The notes below the pieces were generated by a model. The model saw only the letters and a list, made by a program, of their open reading frames with translations, was not told the origin of the DNA and made no database searches. Both the position numbers and the translations under genes were made by a program. From NCBI GenBank assembly GCA_013239625.1, contig MU054466.1, forward strand, positions 1,116,001 to 1,180,000: 64,000 nt of DNA. Direction: 5' to 3'. This document shows, piece by piece, positions 24,885 through 36,120 of this stretch (positions within the stretch are counted from its first letter, which is position 1; every line of letters begins with the position of its first letter). Source of the stretch: Lama guanicoe. Lineage: Eukaryota.

Positions 24885-27819
24885 CAGTCGAACAACTTGG
24901 CCCAAAGTCACAAGGTCACTGATGGTGCTGGCACTCTGCCAACCCAGAAAGTGGAGCCTTTTTTTGTTTTCAACCCACTGCATCTTCTTCACACTTACAT
25001 GGGCCAGCCACCAGGTCTGGCCCGCTTTTCCCTCCACAGAGCCTGCACTCCACCACTGGGACCGTGGTGGTCAGCACACCGCACCCTCCAGTCAAGGCTG
25101 TGCTGGTCCTGCCGAGACCCCTCCTCCCGGCCGTGTCCCTGGACCCTCTGCAGAGGGCAGAGGTCGGGGCCCAGCAGGGCCCAGTGACCTGCCTCCTCCC
25201 AACCCCTCTGGGGACCCGCACAGCGAACGCTTCTGAGATGCTGCTTCTGTGACACTCCCCCCGAGAGGCCTCCGGTGCCTCCACGTGCTCCTAGTTAGAC
25301 AGAGCCCCAAACCAGCAGCGCCGCCAGGCCCACCGGGACAGGGGAGGACTGGGGACGGGAAGCTGACAGAGACCAGGTGGGCTTCCAGCCCGCCGGTAAC
25401 ATTGTTTCTTGATCTGGGTCTGATCAGTCTGGGGACGTCAGCAACTACACCCGTGGGTCAGTGCACCTGTCCGCACGGACGCTGCACCTCGGGACGCACG
25501 CGCTCCCTGCTCAAGGGATGCTTGCACTGTGTCAGTGGACGTCCCCCAAGTATTCGCTCACTGCCTGGCTAGCTGAGCACTGCCTGCCGGACCCAACTTC
25601 TCTGCGTGTCTTTCAAAGACTCCCATGTATCATTTGTGCTCCTTGAGCAACTAATTTTTGATTGAGGAACTACTTACTGGCAAAAAGGCCCCTGTAAAGT
25701 GGGAAGTGGTTCTGCCTGGCTCCGCGCTGCACTCGCCAGGGCACCACCTACACGCACTCTGTAAGCAGGAGTGCCCGGGGTGGGAGGCATTTCGTCTGGC
25801 TGGGCCCGGGGCGGCGCCAGGGGCCCCCTGGGTCCCAGGATGGGAGCCGTCACCCTCCGGGAGCCCTCTCTACAGCCAGCCCGTCCTAACCCCTTAGCCC
25901 CACTCCCCACTTATCCACAAAGTAGAAGCCCCACGCTGTCTCTTGCTGTCATATACAAACACCAGGAGCTGGATGGGTTCTCAAAAGAGCCAAGGGGTGG
26001 TGGGACCCCCGCCTTACAGTACAGGCCTCAATGTCTGCACAGCAGAGGGGGAGGGAGGCTGCAAGCAGTTACAGTCCTCCTTCGGGGGAAACGGAGAAAC
26101 TGCTAAAAAGACCAGTGGGACCCAGCACAGAGAACAGGGCTCTCAGCCAGGAGCCCCAAGAGCAAAGGCCCCGGGCGAGCAGCCCTACCCAGCAGAGCCC
26201 CCGGGGGCACGCCGGCCCCCGCCTACACCGCCACGCCTGCCAGGAGGGGCTGCACCCAGCAAACACCCGCTGCCCTGCTGGCTACCAGCCCCGGGTCCGA
26301 CGGCAGCCGAGGACGCTGCCTGCGAGAGTCTGCAAACCAAGGGGCTCCTCGAAGGTCAGCCCCACTTCTCACCCACTGACCGTGGCTCCCGGTGCCCGCG
26401 TGTGGAGGGAGGAGGAAGGCGCTCTCCTCTGAGGAACAACAGAAACAAAGCAGAGTGCCTCCCAAGTGTTTCCCCAGGATCACAGCGCCTGCAAGCACCG
26501 GACAAACCCGGGCCGCCCTCCCCCGGCGCGGGGCCGCCAGCACAGGCAGCGATGCGGCCGCACCACACGGCCCTGCGCAGCACTCCGCTCTCCCGCAGGC
26601 TTCTCCAGCAGGTCTGGGCAACGCTCTTCAGCGGGATTGTTTTTAGTTTACTGTTGCAGCATTTAATGCAAGGCATAAAACAAAACAGCCTCTCCCTGCT
26701 CTCTGTCACTTTCCCGAAATAAAACAGCATCTTATTATCCAGAGACACGCAGGGCAGGCAGGACCAAGCCTGGGCCCCACGTCCGCCCATGTTGCCTGCT
26801 GCTTGGCGCCTGGGCTCCCCCTTGCCAGCCGGAGCTCGGAACTGGGCCTTGGCTTTGGGGCTGGGAGGGTGGGCTGGCTGTCATCCCAGAGCACACGGTG
26901 TGTCTTCTACCTGATTGCTGGGCCACCAAGCTCCCCGTCACCCCAAAACCTACAGGGCCACTACAGCAACACTCGTGCACCACCCGCAGAACCTCTGGGA
27001 GGTGCGTACAGAGCCTCACGTGCAGACACACGGAAGGGCCCGGAACAGAAGACTCCAGCCCTTCCCGCAGCCCCCAGACCTCTCATCCCGGAGATCAGAG
27101 CCCTTTCTACCAGCACAGCCTGGCTCATTAGTCTGATATGTGTCTGCGGCCAAAAGCAATCAGCTCCCGAGTGTCAGGAGCCTGGAGAGTGAAGGGGAGG
27201 TGAGCAGTGGAAGCTGTGACACACTCTCCAGCTCCTGACACCCACCCGGCCCCCAGCTCTCACTCAGCTCCCGCCACAGCTGGTGACAATGCCGACCTGG
27301 AACTCCTTGCGCGGTAGCACCCAGCCCTCCTTCCCCTCTGCCCGCTCCCTCAGGCCCTGGCTCCACTCCTCGGCCTCTGCCCACTGCCCATCTTCAGCAG
27401 GCAACCCCCTCCAGTCCCTTCTCCAGACAGAGACGTCTTCACAGCCACGTGCTAGAGGCCGCTCTCCCGAGTGTTCCTGAAGGGCCTGACCTCACACAAA
27501 ATGTCACCCCCTTACCTCCCACCAGCTGGCCCCTGACTCTCCATCTCGGTTACTGGTTTGTCATCACCCCTGGGCTGGCCAAGCCTGAAACCTAAAGCAC
27601 CTGCTGAAAATGCTGAAATTCCTTCCTGGACCTGGGCAAGGGGGGTGTCTGCTGCAGGACCAGGGGAAAGGAGGCAGCCCGGAGTGAGCTGACCAGGCCC
27701 ACCAGGGGCTGAGAGCCCATACCGGAAAGGAGGGAAGGCATGTCCGTGGAGGCATGGCCCACTCGGCATGCTGGAGCCCAGACAGCAAGGCGGCAGGGGA
27801 GCCATGCCGGCTCATACCA

Positions 27820-28700
27820 GAGGACTCGTCAGCTTAGAAACCACAATGGGGACAAAGGACACCAAGGCTCTCACTGTCGGGGAGGAGCTACAAAACGGGA
27901 AGTCCCTGCTGGGGACTGGAGTGGGAGGCACGAGTGTAAGCGTAGGCCTCGCTGCACACAGGCAGTAATGAAATGCAGACGAGTGTGTGTGCACAGAAAC
28001 ACACACGTTACGCACACGTGCGTTCCCTGGCTCTGTCCAGTGAGAGAGGTGCGGGGAGCAACCGCACGCTGGACAGCCCCAAAGAGAACACCCAGAGCCA
28101 GCCCTTGGCTTCCACACGCCCTACGCCCCCAGAAGGACCTGGGCTCCTCAGGGGGTGCCGATCCCAGGAATGGGGCAGGGACAGCAAGACAGACAGAAGT
28201 GAGGATGCCCTCCAGGACGATGGACGAAAGGCGACTCAAGCTGGTGGGAGTGGGTTCCCACCAGCTGAGTGGGAAACAGGCCTCATATAGAGAGAGATGA
28301 CGGTAATTCTGGACTATAATCCACTGATCAGAATATAAAACAGGGATATAAAGCTACAATATGAAATACGAAAAAGGACACCGTGAGTTCAAGTTGAATA
28401 CACTGAAAGTCTGACAAGGAAGGGAGTATTCACACAGTCAAGGCACCTCCTCCCTCGGAACACTAACCACAAAGGGCGAGGGGGGCCCCCAGGAAGTGCA
28501 GGCAGCACTGCAGTCGCGTGGCGAGAGCGGTGACGCCCGGCAACGCGCCAGCCGACAGCCACCTGCCACGAGGAGGCGGGTCTCCCGCGGCACTCCTGCC
28601 CGTGGGGCCTTAATCCTGACTGTGATGGCCGCGTTGTCTCAACGGGAGAGAAACCTCCTTTGCAGGGATCGCACACTAAAGGGTTCGGAGGGTGGAGCAC
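27820..28700 (+). mobile_element. L1MC/MD-like 3' region remnant
   Basis: gttccctggctctgtccagtgagagagg...gaacacccagagccag...ctgggctcctcagggggtgccgatcccaggaatggggcaggga resembles L1MC3/MD 3' UTR. Confidence 0.6.
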
Positions 28701-29759
28701 TGTTTCAGCAGCTTACTTTCCAATGAATCAGAAAAAAGGTCCTTAGCACTGTACTTGCAACTTTTGAAATTTTTTTTCAAAATATACATTAGAACACAGG
28801 CTGCTAGACCCACTGCAAACCTGCTGAATCGAATCCCTGAGAGTCTCTTCTTCCCGTACCACATTGCTAAAATCGCCATCACGAGGACCCACTTTTCAAT
28901 AAAGACCAAATGGAAAATGTTCAACTTAGAAAAGGCATGTGCCCTTTTGAACTCAAAATCCACCGAAATCATTACAAAGTAGGTTACATTCCTGAATTGC
29001 AGAAAATTGTTAAGAACACAATATTAAAAAATCGATTCATTTTCTGGATTTTTCACACCAAGAAGGAAGGAATTCTTTTCATTCTCATTAACATTGTCCC
29101 ATAAATACTGACCAAGGAGATGGTGAGAGGTGAGGGAGGGTTCTCTTGGTTTCTGTTCAGTGGGGAGGGCAGGAGGTGAAGGGCCCCCAGGGAATCTAAT
29201 AACAAACAAGGCCCTGGGCCTGGAAGGTGCAGCTCTGCACTCAGACACCAACACCCACACAGCCCCGCCGGCTCCCGCCTCCCCAGGAGTCCACACTGGG
29301 AGCCAGGCTGAGAAGCCCTGTCTTAAAAAACCTAATGCAAGAGCAGTGAAAGAGGGAGGAAGCAGAAAACAACGGATTAAATTCAGCTTTCTCAAGGGAT
29401 AAATGAAGTGGGAACAGTCAGTGGTGACTAACAAGAAGCCAGTGTCAGGCGGCACAGTCACCGGAAGAAGGCACAGGGCCAGGAGAGCCTCTAAGAAAGC
29501 CGGCCTCGGAGGCCGGAGTCTCGCTGGGCGTGGGGCGAGGGCCCGGCTGCGGCTGGCGGCTGTCACCCTAAGGCACCCCAGCAGCTAGTCCGGTGAGTAA
29601 AGGGGGAGAAACAAAGTATTCTTTTCCAGTTCCGATTGAAATAGTTTATAACTTTTACTATTCAAAGCAAAGAGGATTTCTGCTTTTGCTCAGGTTGGCG
29701 AAATCAGGGAGAGGGCGTAGAGAGGGCGTCGCCCCAATCCTGCCAACAAGGGAAGCCTG

Positions 29760-30420
29760 ACAATGAGCAATGGAGGCAAAGGCAGATCCACGCCGCGAGG
29801 ACTTCATCGGAAATCACACCAAACTTGAGCGAAGAAGTGACACACAATTCAGCACAAACTTCCATGAAACAGAGAAGGCGGGGCTAGCTCTCAGCTCATT
29901 TAATGAGGCCAGTGCTGTTCTGGGACCACAACCAAACACGTTGCAAGATAAGAAGACTACAGACCAGTATTCCTCGTAAACAGAGATGCAGAACTCCGTC
30001 ACAGGCACGAGCACCCGAATCCAGGGACAGGAAAAGAAGAGACAACAAAAGTGAGGCTTGTGCCAGAAAGTCAAGGTTGGCTCAGCGACCAAAGATCAGT
30101 CAATGTAATTTACCACATCAAGAGACTGAAAAAAGAACACCAGGTGGTTACCTCCACGGATGCTGAGAAAGCATTTTAGAAGAGTCGACATTGACTCTTG
30201 ACAGAAGCTCTCAGCCAGCTAAGAATAGAAGTGAACTTCTTACCTCGTAAAAAGCATCTGAAAAAGCTCCGGCTGACGTGGTACGTAGTGGTGAGGGCCA
30301 AATGCTTTCTCCCCAAGATTAGGAATGAGAAGGCTTCGCACAGCCCCCAGTCCAGTCGCGCCGCTGCGCCGGGCGCTCCCGAGGATGGCGAGGACGGCGC
30401 CCAGGCCCAGCACACACCTC
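29760..30420 (+). mobile_element. L1 ORF2 (RT-proximal) remnant
   Basis: ORF 29770..29979 SSFNEASAVLGPQP corresponds to L1 NSFYEASITLIPKP; gactacagaccagtattcctcgtaaacagagatgcagaa (NYRPISLMNIDAK region); gatgctgagaaagcatttt. Confidence 0.8.
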
Positions 30421-30797
30421 CGCCCGAGAAGAGCCAGGCAAGCCCTCCCCGTGCAGCTGAGGCCTGACGTGAGCGGCCCTCCGTCCTCCCACTCCAAGTG
30501 CTTGGAGCTGCGGCCACGTGCCAGGTGCAGGACGCGTTTAAAGAGCAAACGACGCAGCCCAGCACGCGTGGCCTTGCTGACCTTCCCAAGACACTTGCTC
30601 CACTATAAGCCGCAGGTGGGTGTGCCTAAAATAGCTCCCAGTTTGTCCCACAGCTGCAAAAGGAAAGGAAGTCTTCAGGTTCACACAGACCAATGGCAGG
30701 CCCCCACTGGACGGGGACAGCGGAAAGTGAGCCCCCAGGCCCAGACCCCCACACGGTGGCCCCCGGGGCAGGCCGCAAGGGAGGGACCCACGCTTAC

Positions 30798-30900
30798 CAA
30801 TCCAGCATTCCAAACGCGCACAGGGGGTGGTCTTCACCACGTCGGGGGGATCCACGCCGACGTTCAGGCACAAGACTAAGGCGACGCTGACCGTCTTCAT
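30798..30900 (-). CDS. RPTOR: RPTOR coding exon 2 (Raptor N-terminal conserved/RNC domain), [34 protein letters not shown]+G
   Basis: The peptide matches mammalian Raptor from Met55. Minus-strand acceptor ctcttctctcccacccccag|ATG (AG at 30902-30901) and donor ATTG|gtaagc (GT at 30797-30796). 103 nt, phase 0 to phase 1. Confidence 0.98.
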
Positions 30901-32060
30901 CTGGGGGTGGGAGAGAAGAGACACGCACTTCAGTGTGGAACACACAGGTGCAGCTGCAGGCGTTACAGCATTCCCAGCCCGGCGAGGCCCTGCCTCCCCA
31001 GCCAGACCCTCACGCGCCGGGGACCTGTGCTGCCCCAGCGGCACGTCAGAAGTAGCCCCCTTCCCAGGAGATGGGGTCTCAAAGGCAGGTATGGGGGCAG
31101 GGGGCACATGGCAGGAGAGGCTTTTCTCGGGCTTCCTTGTGAGATGCTTCCAGAAATAGAATTCTTTGATCAAAAGATATAAACATTTTTAGACACTTAA
31201 TACATTCTGCCAAATTGCTCTGCAAAAACTCTGCACAGATTAACACTGACCAGTTCAGTGCTCTACTCATCACTTAAAATTGTTCATCATTCGATGAGAG
31301 AAAAGTTGTCATTTTGATTTAGTGTGCATTCTTCAGTGTTAATAAGGCTGAATGTTCTTTTTCAAACATTTGTATCTTTTATCGTTTGTGCCTTTTCTAC
31401 TCGTGTTTATACACCGCTTATTTACTGACGTTAGTGGCCTCTCCTCTCCACACATTGCAGATTGCATCCACGTTACCCGATGTAAATACTTCCCTGGCCT
31501 GGGGTTTGCCATGGACTCCTTTCCTGTTAGTGACATCCAAAGTCCCGTGCCCGTCAGCTGACACACCTCCCTTCACACCTGCCCAGTCCCTGCTCCAGGG
31601 TCCCCGCATTAGGGAGTGCCAGCACCCCCTCCCCAGCTGCTTAGCCAGAAACCTGGACTCATCCTTCATTCCTTCACTTGCTCAGCAGACGCTCACTCAG
31701 CACCGGCCAGGCAGCAAGTGCTCTTCGTAGACACCATCAGTAAGGCAAAGGCCACAAACCTCCACAGGGAGCGGGGGTATCACTTCAACAGGCTGGCGGG
31801 GGGGGAAACGTCTCCCCTCCACCTACTCCCCCTATGACCCCCTGCTCCGTCCTCAGTCCTGCTCCTGATTCTGTTCACCTCACTACCCCCGGCTCCAGGC
31901 CACCAGCATGCCTGACCTGTGCTACAGCCGCCCTCCGGGGCCCCCACCTCCCGCAGGCCAGGCTGTTAGACACATCAGCGCACCGCCCTGTTTTCAATCA
32001 TTCCCTGTATTCTTTGGAATTCATGTCTGGCCCCCTCGACACACTGTTAAAGCCTTGCAG

Positions 32061-32608
32061 TGTTGCAGAAAAGCGTGTTACAGCTCAGTCGTGAGACCAA
32101 GCGGCACTCAGAGTTGAGAACTCAGGTTTATTACACCAGCAGGCCTAGAGAAGTTAACACTCCAAGCTCTGGACCCCGGCTGTAAGTTTACACAGGCTTT
32201 TATAGGCTGCCAGTTTACACTTTGCAACATCATATGCAAATAAGGTGTAACAGAAGTTGACTAATTAGGAACAAGCGTTGTAAAAATGGACCAATCAGGA
32301 GTGAGAGAATTGGACCAATCAGGAGTGAAAGAAGTAACCAATCAGGAGTGAGGGAAATGGACCAATCAGGAGTGAGAGAAACCACCAATCAGGAGTGAGC
32401 TCCATGCAAATAAAGCACTACAAATGGACCAATCAGGAGTTAGCTCAGAGAACCAATAGAATTTTAGGGGTAAGTTCCACTTTCCTAGAAGTAAACCGTT
32501 TCCCAGGCAAAAAGTGAGATAAAGCCGCTGGGCCAGATGGTGCCGGCAGGAGAGTAGTGGCCCTGCCTGGGGGTCCTGCTGGTCTTTTTTATGGGGCCTC
32601 CCACCTCA
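32061..32608 (-). mobile_element. Young solo ERV LTR (ERV1-like), same orientation as RPTOR
   Basis: TG...CA ends (tgttgcag at 32061, cctca ending at 32608). Minus-strand TATAAAAG (32204-32197) is followed by AATAAA (32132-32127). Tandem U3 enhancer repeats. Flanks gcag/atag are only a weak 4-bp TSD. Confidence 0.85.
32197..32457 (-). promoter_or_regulatory. LTR U3 promoter: six ccaatcaggagt (NF-Y CCAAT) repeats plus a 7th CCAAT, two ATGCAAAT octamers and a TATA box
   Basis: CCAAT at 32291, 32315, 32338, 32362, 32385, 32429 and 32453 (23-24-bp period); ATGCAAAT at 32234-32241 and 32404-32411. Confidence 0.75.
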
Positions 32609-33358
32609 ATAGCTTCAACCCCGGCCTACGCCCCACGGCCGTCAGGTCTTACCCCGGTCCTGCAAGACCCCTGGGCCTTTGGACGCCTAGGCCTCTGCCT
32701 GGGGGCTCCTCACCAGCCCCGCAGGGAGGCCCCGGGGCCCGGTCAGAGCAGAGCCCGTGGCCCCTGTCTTCCTCCGGCAGAGCCCGGACCAGCCCTGCCC
32801 AGAGCAGCCCGGCTGCCCAGAGAGTGAACACAGGAGTTTCCTCGAGAGCGTTCACTGGTTTTACATTGAACCCTTTTAACCCCTCTGGATGTGACTTTGG
32901 TACATGGTGCAAGATGAGGATTGTTTTTTTCTCAAAAATCTATGCAATGGTGCCAATTCCCCCTGTTAAATAATCTCCCCAAACTCACAGGCTTGGGGTG
33001 ACTCCCTTAGCATACAGGTACCCCTAGACCAGATTCTAGCTCTGGGTCACACACCCAACTGATTAACATAATTTATCTTCACAGTTTTCACAACACTTGG
33101 GAGAGCCTAGTTTTCTTCCTTACAATCTTTTCTAACTTTTACCTGGCTGTATTTATATTCATCTATTTTTTCCCAAACTAATTGTTATTCAGTTTCTTAA
33201 TCCCATAGAAATTGTGATTAAAATTTTTAATCAAACTGCCTGTTGATAACACTGAGTATTTTAAATTGTCTTCTTTGATCCAGTAATTCCACACATGAGA
33301 ACTTGTCACAGGAAATACAAAATATAATACGGGAGAACTTTCTAGGTGTAAAGATTTT

Positions 33359-33508
33359 TCTTTTTTAATTAATTAATTAATTAAGTTTTTGGTGGGGGGA
33401 GGTAATTAGGTTTATTTATTTTTAGAGGAGGTGCTGGGGATTGAACCCAGGGCCTTGTGCACACTAAGCATGTGCTGTACCACTGAGCTAAACCCTCCCC
33501 CCCGCCCC
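33359..33508 (-). mobile_element. Camelid tRNA-derived SINE with a 13-bp target-site duplication
   Basis: ggggattgaacccagggccttgtgcacactaagcatgtgctgtaccactgagctaaaccctcccc; TSD gtgtaaagatttt at 33346-33358 and 33509-33521; (ttaa)n in the tail. Confidence 0.95.
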
Positions 33509-34759
33509 GTGTAAAGATTTTCTTTACAGCATTTCTTATCCTAGAAAACAAGTCAGAATGACCTAAATTTTAAGCAAATAAAGGAATTTAGCTTAAGCAC
33601 ATCATTATATACTCTGAATAGAATGACGCTTAGTTTAATTCTTAAAATGTTAAATGAATAAAAATGGATTCAAGACACACAAAAAATTACATTAAGCATA
33701 TAAACTAAACTTGGCAAGACATGACCGCCTTACGATGGTCTGCTCTTCCGTGTGGGAACACAGCGTGCTTCACTGCCTATTCAAATGTTCTTTTAACTTC
33801 TCTCAGCAATGTTTTTCCAGTTTTCTTCGCCAAGAAGGCTTGTTCGCTTCTTTGACGATTGTTCCTGGGTAGCTTGTGAATATCTGGGGGTAATCCGCTG
33901 CTATACGTGTATCTTGCCCAGAGCAGTTTCTTACTGATAATTGCTTATACAGCAGAATAATGCTTAGTCACTTCACTAAATCTTAATTAAACATAACTGG
34001 CTTTAGGTGACTCCCTTCAGATTTTGTCAGTGTAAAAATAGACTGTCTGTGAATAATGACGAGTCTACCTCATTCTTTCCAACAGATCATTCCTCTTTTT
34101 CTCTTTTAGGTCCCATGGCGTTGCCCAGATCCCCCCAAATCACATTACTAACAATTACAAAATGATGATAGTGGTGATCTTTGCACCTGGTTTTAATAAA
34201 ACTGTCATAAATGTCTCATCATTAAAAGTGATGATGGTTACTGATGTGACATACGACAGTCTTTATTACATCAAGAAAACAGTCTTCCATTCACAACAGA
34301 ACTGAAACTTGTACAGGGGAAAGAAAAGTGTTTTTGTCTCTCCTCTCCCAACACTTAAAAAAAAAACATTTAGTTATAATAATTTCACTTTTTAAAGGAA
34401 CTGCACCCCTGCCTCCAAAGACATACTGAAGAGAGGAACACAGGCCAGAATCTTCTCATTCTGAACCGTAAGACGCAAGTGGTCCCTTGGCCGAATGTCG
34501 GGGGAAGGGCTGAAAAATCAATCAGACAGTAACAAAAGTTTTAGTTGTTAGTCATTTTCCAACATTTAATTGGTCAGTGTCAATAATCCCATACAGCCGA
34601 TTATTTATAGCAAACTCAGTCTGAGGCTAAGCTGCCTAAAAGTAAGTTTCTGGAGAGACCTGCGTCCTTCCTTCAGCCATGGTGAACAGCTACTAACACC
34701 CTCACCAGTTTTAAATCAAGGGCATTTTCCCCGTGCTCTGTAACGGGGACTCTGAGGTC

Positions 34760-35835
34760 GCCACGCCGCCTAGATTCCAACCCTGGGGCGAGTTCCGGGT
34801 CGCCTTCCTCAGCCCTCCCGCCGGCCACTCTGGGTGGACGGGAGGCTTCCGTGGGGGGAGTGTCCTGTGTGATCGGGGTCTCTGCTGACCGTCTGCTGCA
34901 CCGCACAGCCTAGTCTGTCTCGACCTGCGACGAGAACCACTCCTGATAGCTGTGTTCCTTTCAGACGTCCGTCACCGGGGGGTGGACCCCAGGGGGCAGG
35001 GGAAGGGGAGCCGCGGGCTCTGGGCTGCTGGGCCCTCGGGCACCCCGACGCCGCCCCTCCTCGCACCTCCAGGCAGCACAGCCCGACGGCTCCTGGGCTG
35101 AAGGGCCCGCAGTCCCAGGGCTCACCCCGCCCACGGCCGCGAACCAGACCAGGAGGCGGTGCCGCCCCCAGGGAGGACCTCAGGGAGCTGGGCTTTGCCT
35201 GCGGGTGCCAGGGCGGAACCGGGGGTCTGCTTATTCCTCCCCGTCTCCGTGGGGCCAGGGAGGGGGGGGCATTTCAGTGGTCTCTGGCCCTAACCCTCGT
35301 CCTCCTGCCCCGGCCGACACTCTAGACAAACTGCACCCGCACCTCTACAACTGCAGGTAAGGAACTTGACACAGGCAACGCTCAGGCAAATCCCGGTCTC
35401 TGATGTAATCATAAGCATCGTGACCGCCGAGGCCCGAGTCCTTAGACAGAAACACTCCCGGAAGCACCAGCTCGGCTCGAGTCCCGCCGGACGGCGCAGC
35501 CTCGGTCACCCCAGACGGCAGCCGCAGAGGCACCGCCCGCAGCACCTCGGCGGCGGCGGCGGCCTGGAGGGCGGGGCACCGGGGCGCCGGGCCCTGGGAG
35601 GGAAGGCTGAGTGCGCTGCGCTCCGCCATGAGGATGCGAAGGAAGCTCGTCTGACTCTTCCCGCTTACGCCACACCCCCAGGCCAGCTCGCCGCCCTGTC
35701 CCTTTTAAAAAAAGCAAAAGGGAGAGTCTCAACAATATACTGAACTACAAGCGTGGATCTGGCCTAACACCTAGCTACCAGCTTAACTCCACGGCTGGGC
35801 AAAAGATATTACCAGTAAGTGTCCTTAAGCCAATC
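34760..35835. promoter_or_regulatory. Intronic CpG-island / promoter-like block
   Basis: CpG-dense core between AT-rich flanks. ETS CCGGAAG 35458, (GGC)5 35549, GC box 35569, CCGCCAT (YY1-like) 35623, TTCCCGC (E2F-like) 35658, ACTACAA 35744, CCAAT 35830. Confidence 0.55.
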
Positions 35836-36010
35836 AAATGTCTGGGCCCCCCTGCAAATTTTAATGGCGTTGGCGAATTTTTAATTCTTAGCTATACCCT
35901 AAAGTGTCTTTTTGGTATTTTATTTTCATTTCTATGGTAACCTTATCACAAAAATTCTACATTCGTGGTTTTTAATAATATAGTTACAGCACTAAGAAAA
36001 TAGAAGTGCT

Positions 36011-36120
36011 GAGGGAGGGTGCAGCTCAGCGGTGGAGTGTGTGCTCAGCATGCACGAGGTGCTGGGTTCAATTCCCCAGTACCTCCACCTAAAAAAAAAA
36101 TAAGCAAAAAGAAAAAATGT
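36011..36120 (+). mobile_element. Camelid tRNA-derived SINE
   Basis: gagggagggtgcagctcagcggtggagtgtgtgctcagcatgcacgaggtgctgggttcaattccccagtacctcc followed by poly(A). Confidence 0.92.

Larger units (their letters stand above)
20279..30797 (-). other. RPTOR: RPTOR intron 2 (10,519 nt, GT-AG)
   Basis: Lies between the exon 2 donor and the exon 3 acceptor. Confidence 0.95.
31130..34300 (-). mobile_element. Fragmented old L1 (L1ME-like), antisense, interrupted by the LTR, a SINE and other pieces
   Basis: aacatttttagacacttaatacattctgccaaattgctctgcaaaa (31180-); gactgtctgtgaataatgacgagtctacctcattctttccaa (34040-); T-rich plus strand. Confidence 0.55.

Noticed and set aside
30538-31173. 211-aa ORF as a single-exon gene
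   Set aside because: Only 30798-30900 matches Raptor and it is bounded by canonical splice sites; the rest is open intronic frame
32281-32445. CRISPR-like repeat-spacer appearance
   Set aside because: The 12-bp cores have ~11-bp mutually related spacers and sit inside a mammalian LTR U3; there are no cas genes
35345-35629. 94-aa ORF MAERSALS... as a retrogene or in-frame alternative Raptor N-terminus
   Set aside because: It stops (TAG) before the 35342 donor, has no recognisable homolog, poly(A) tail or TSD; at most a uORF
36011-36090. tRNA-like A/B boxes (gctcagcggtgg ... ggttcaattccc), also at 24744, 33430 and 50185
   Set aside because: These are tRNA-derived SINE heads with A-rich tails and TSDs, not tRNA genes
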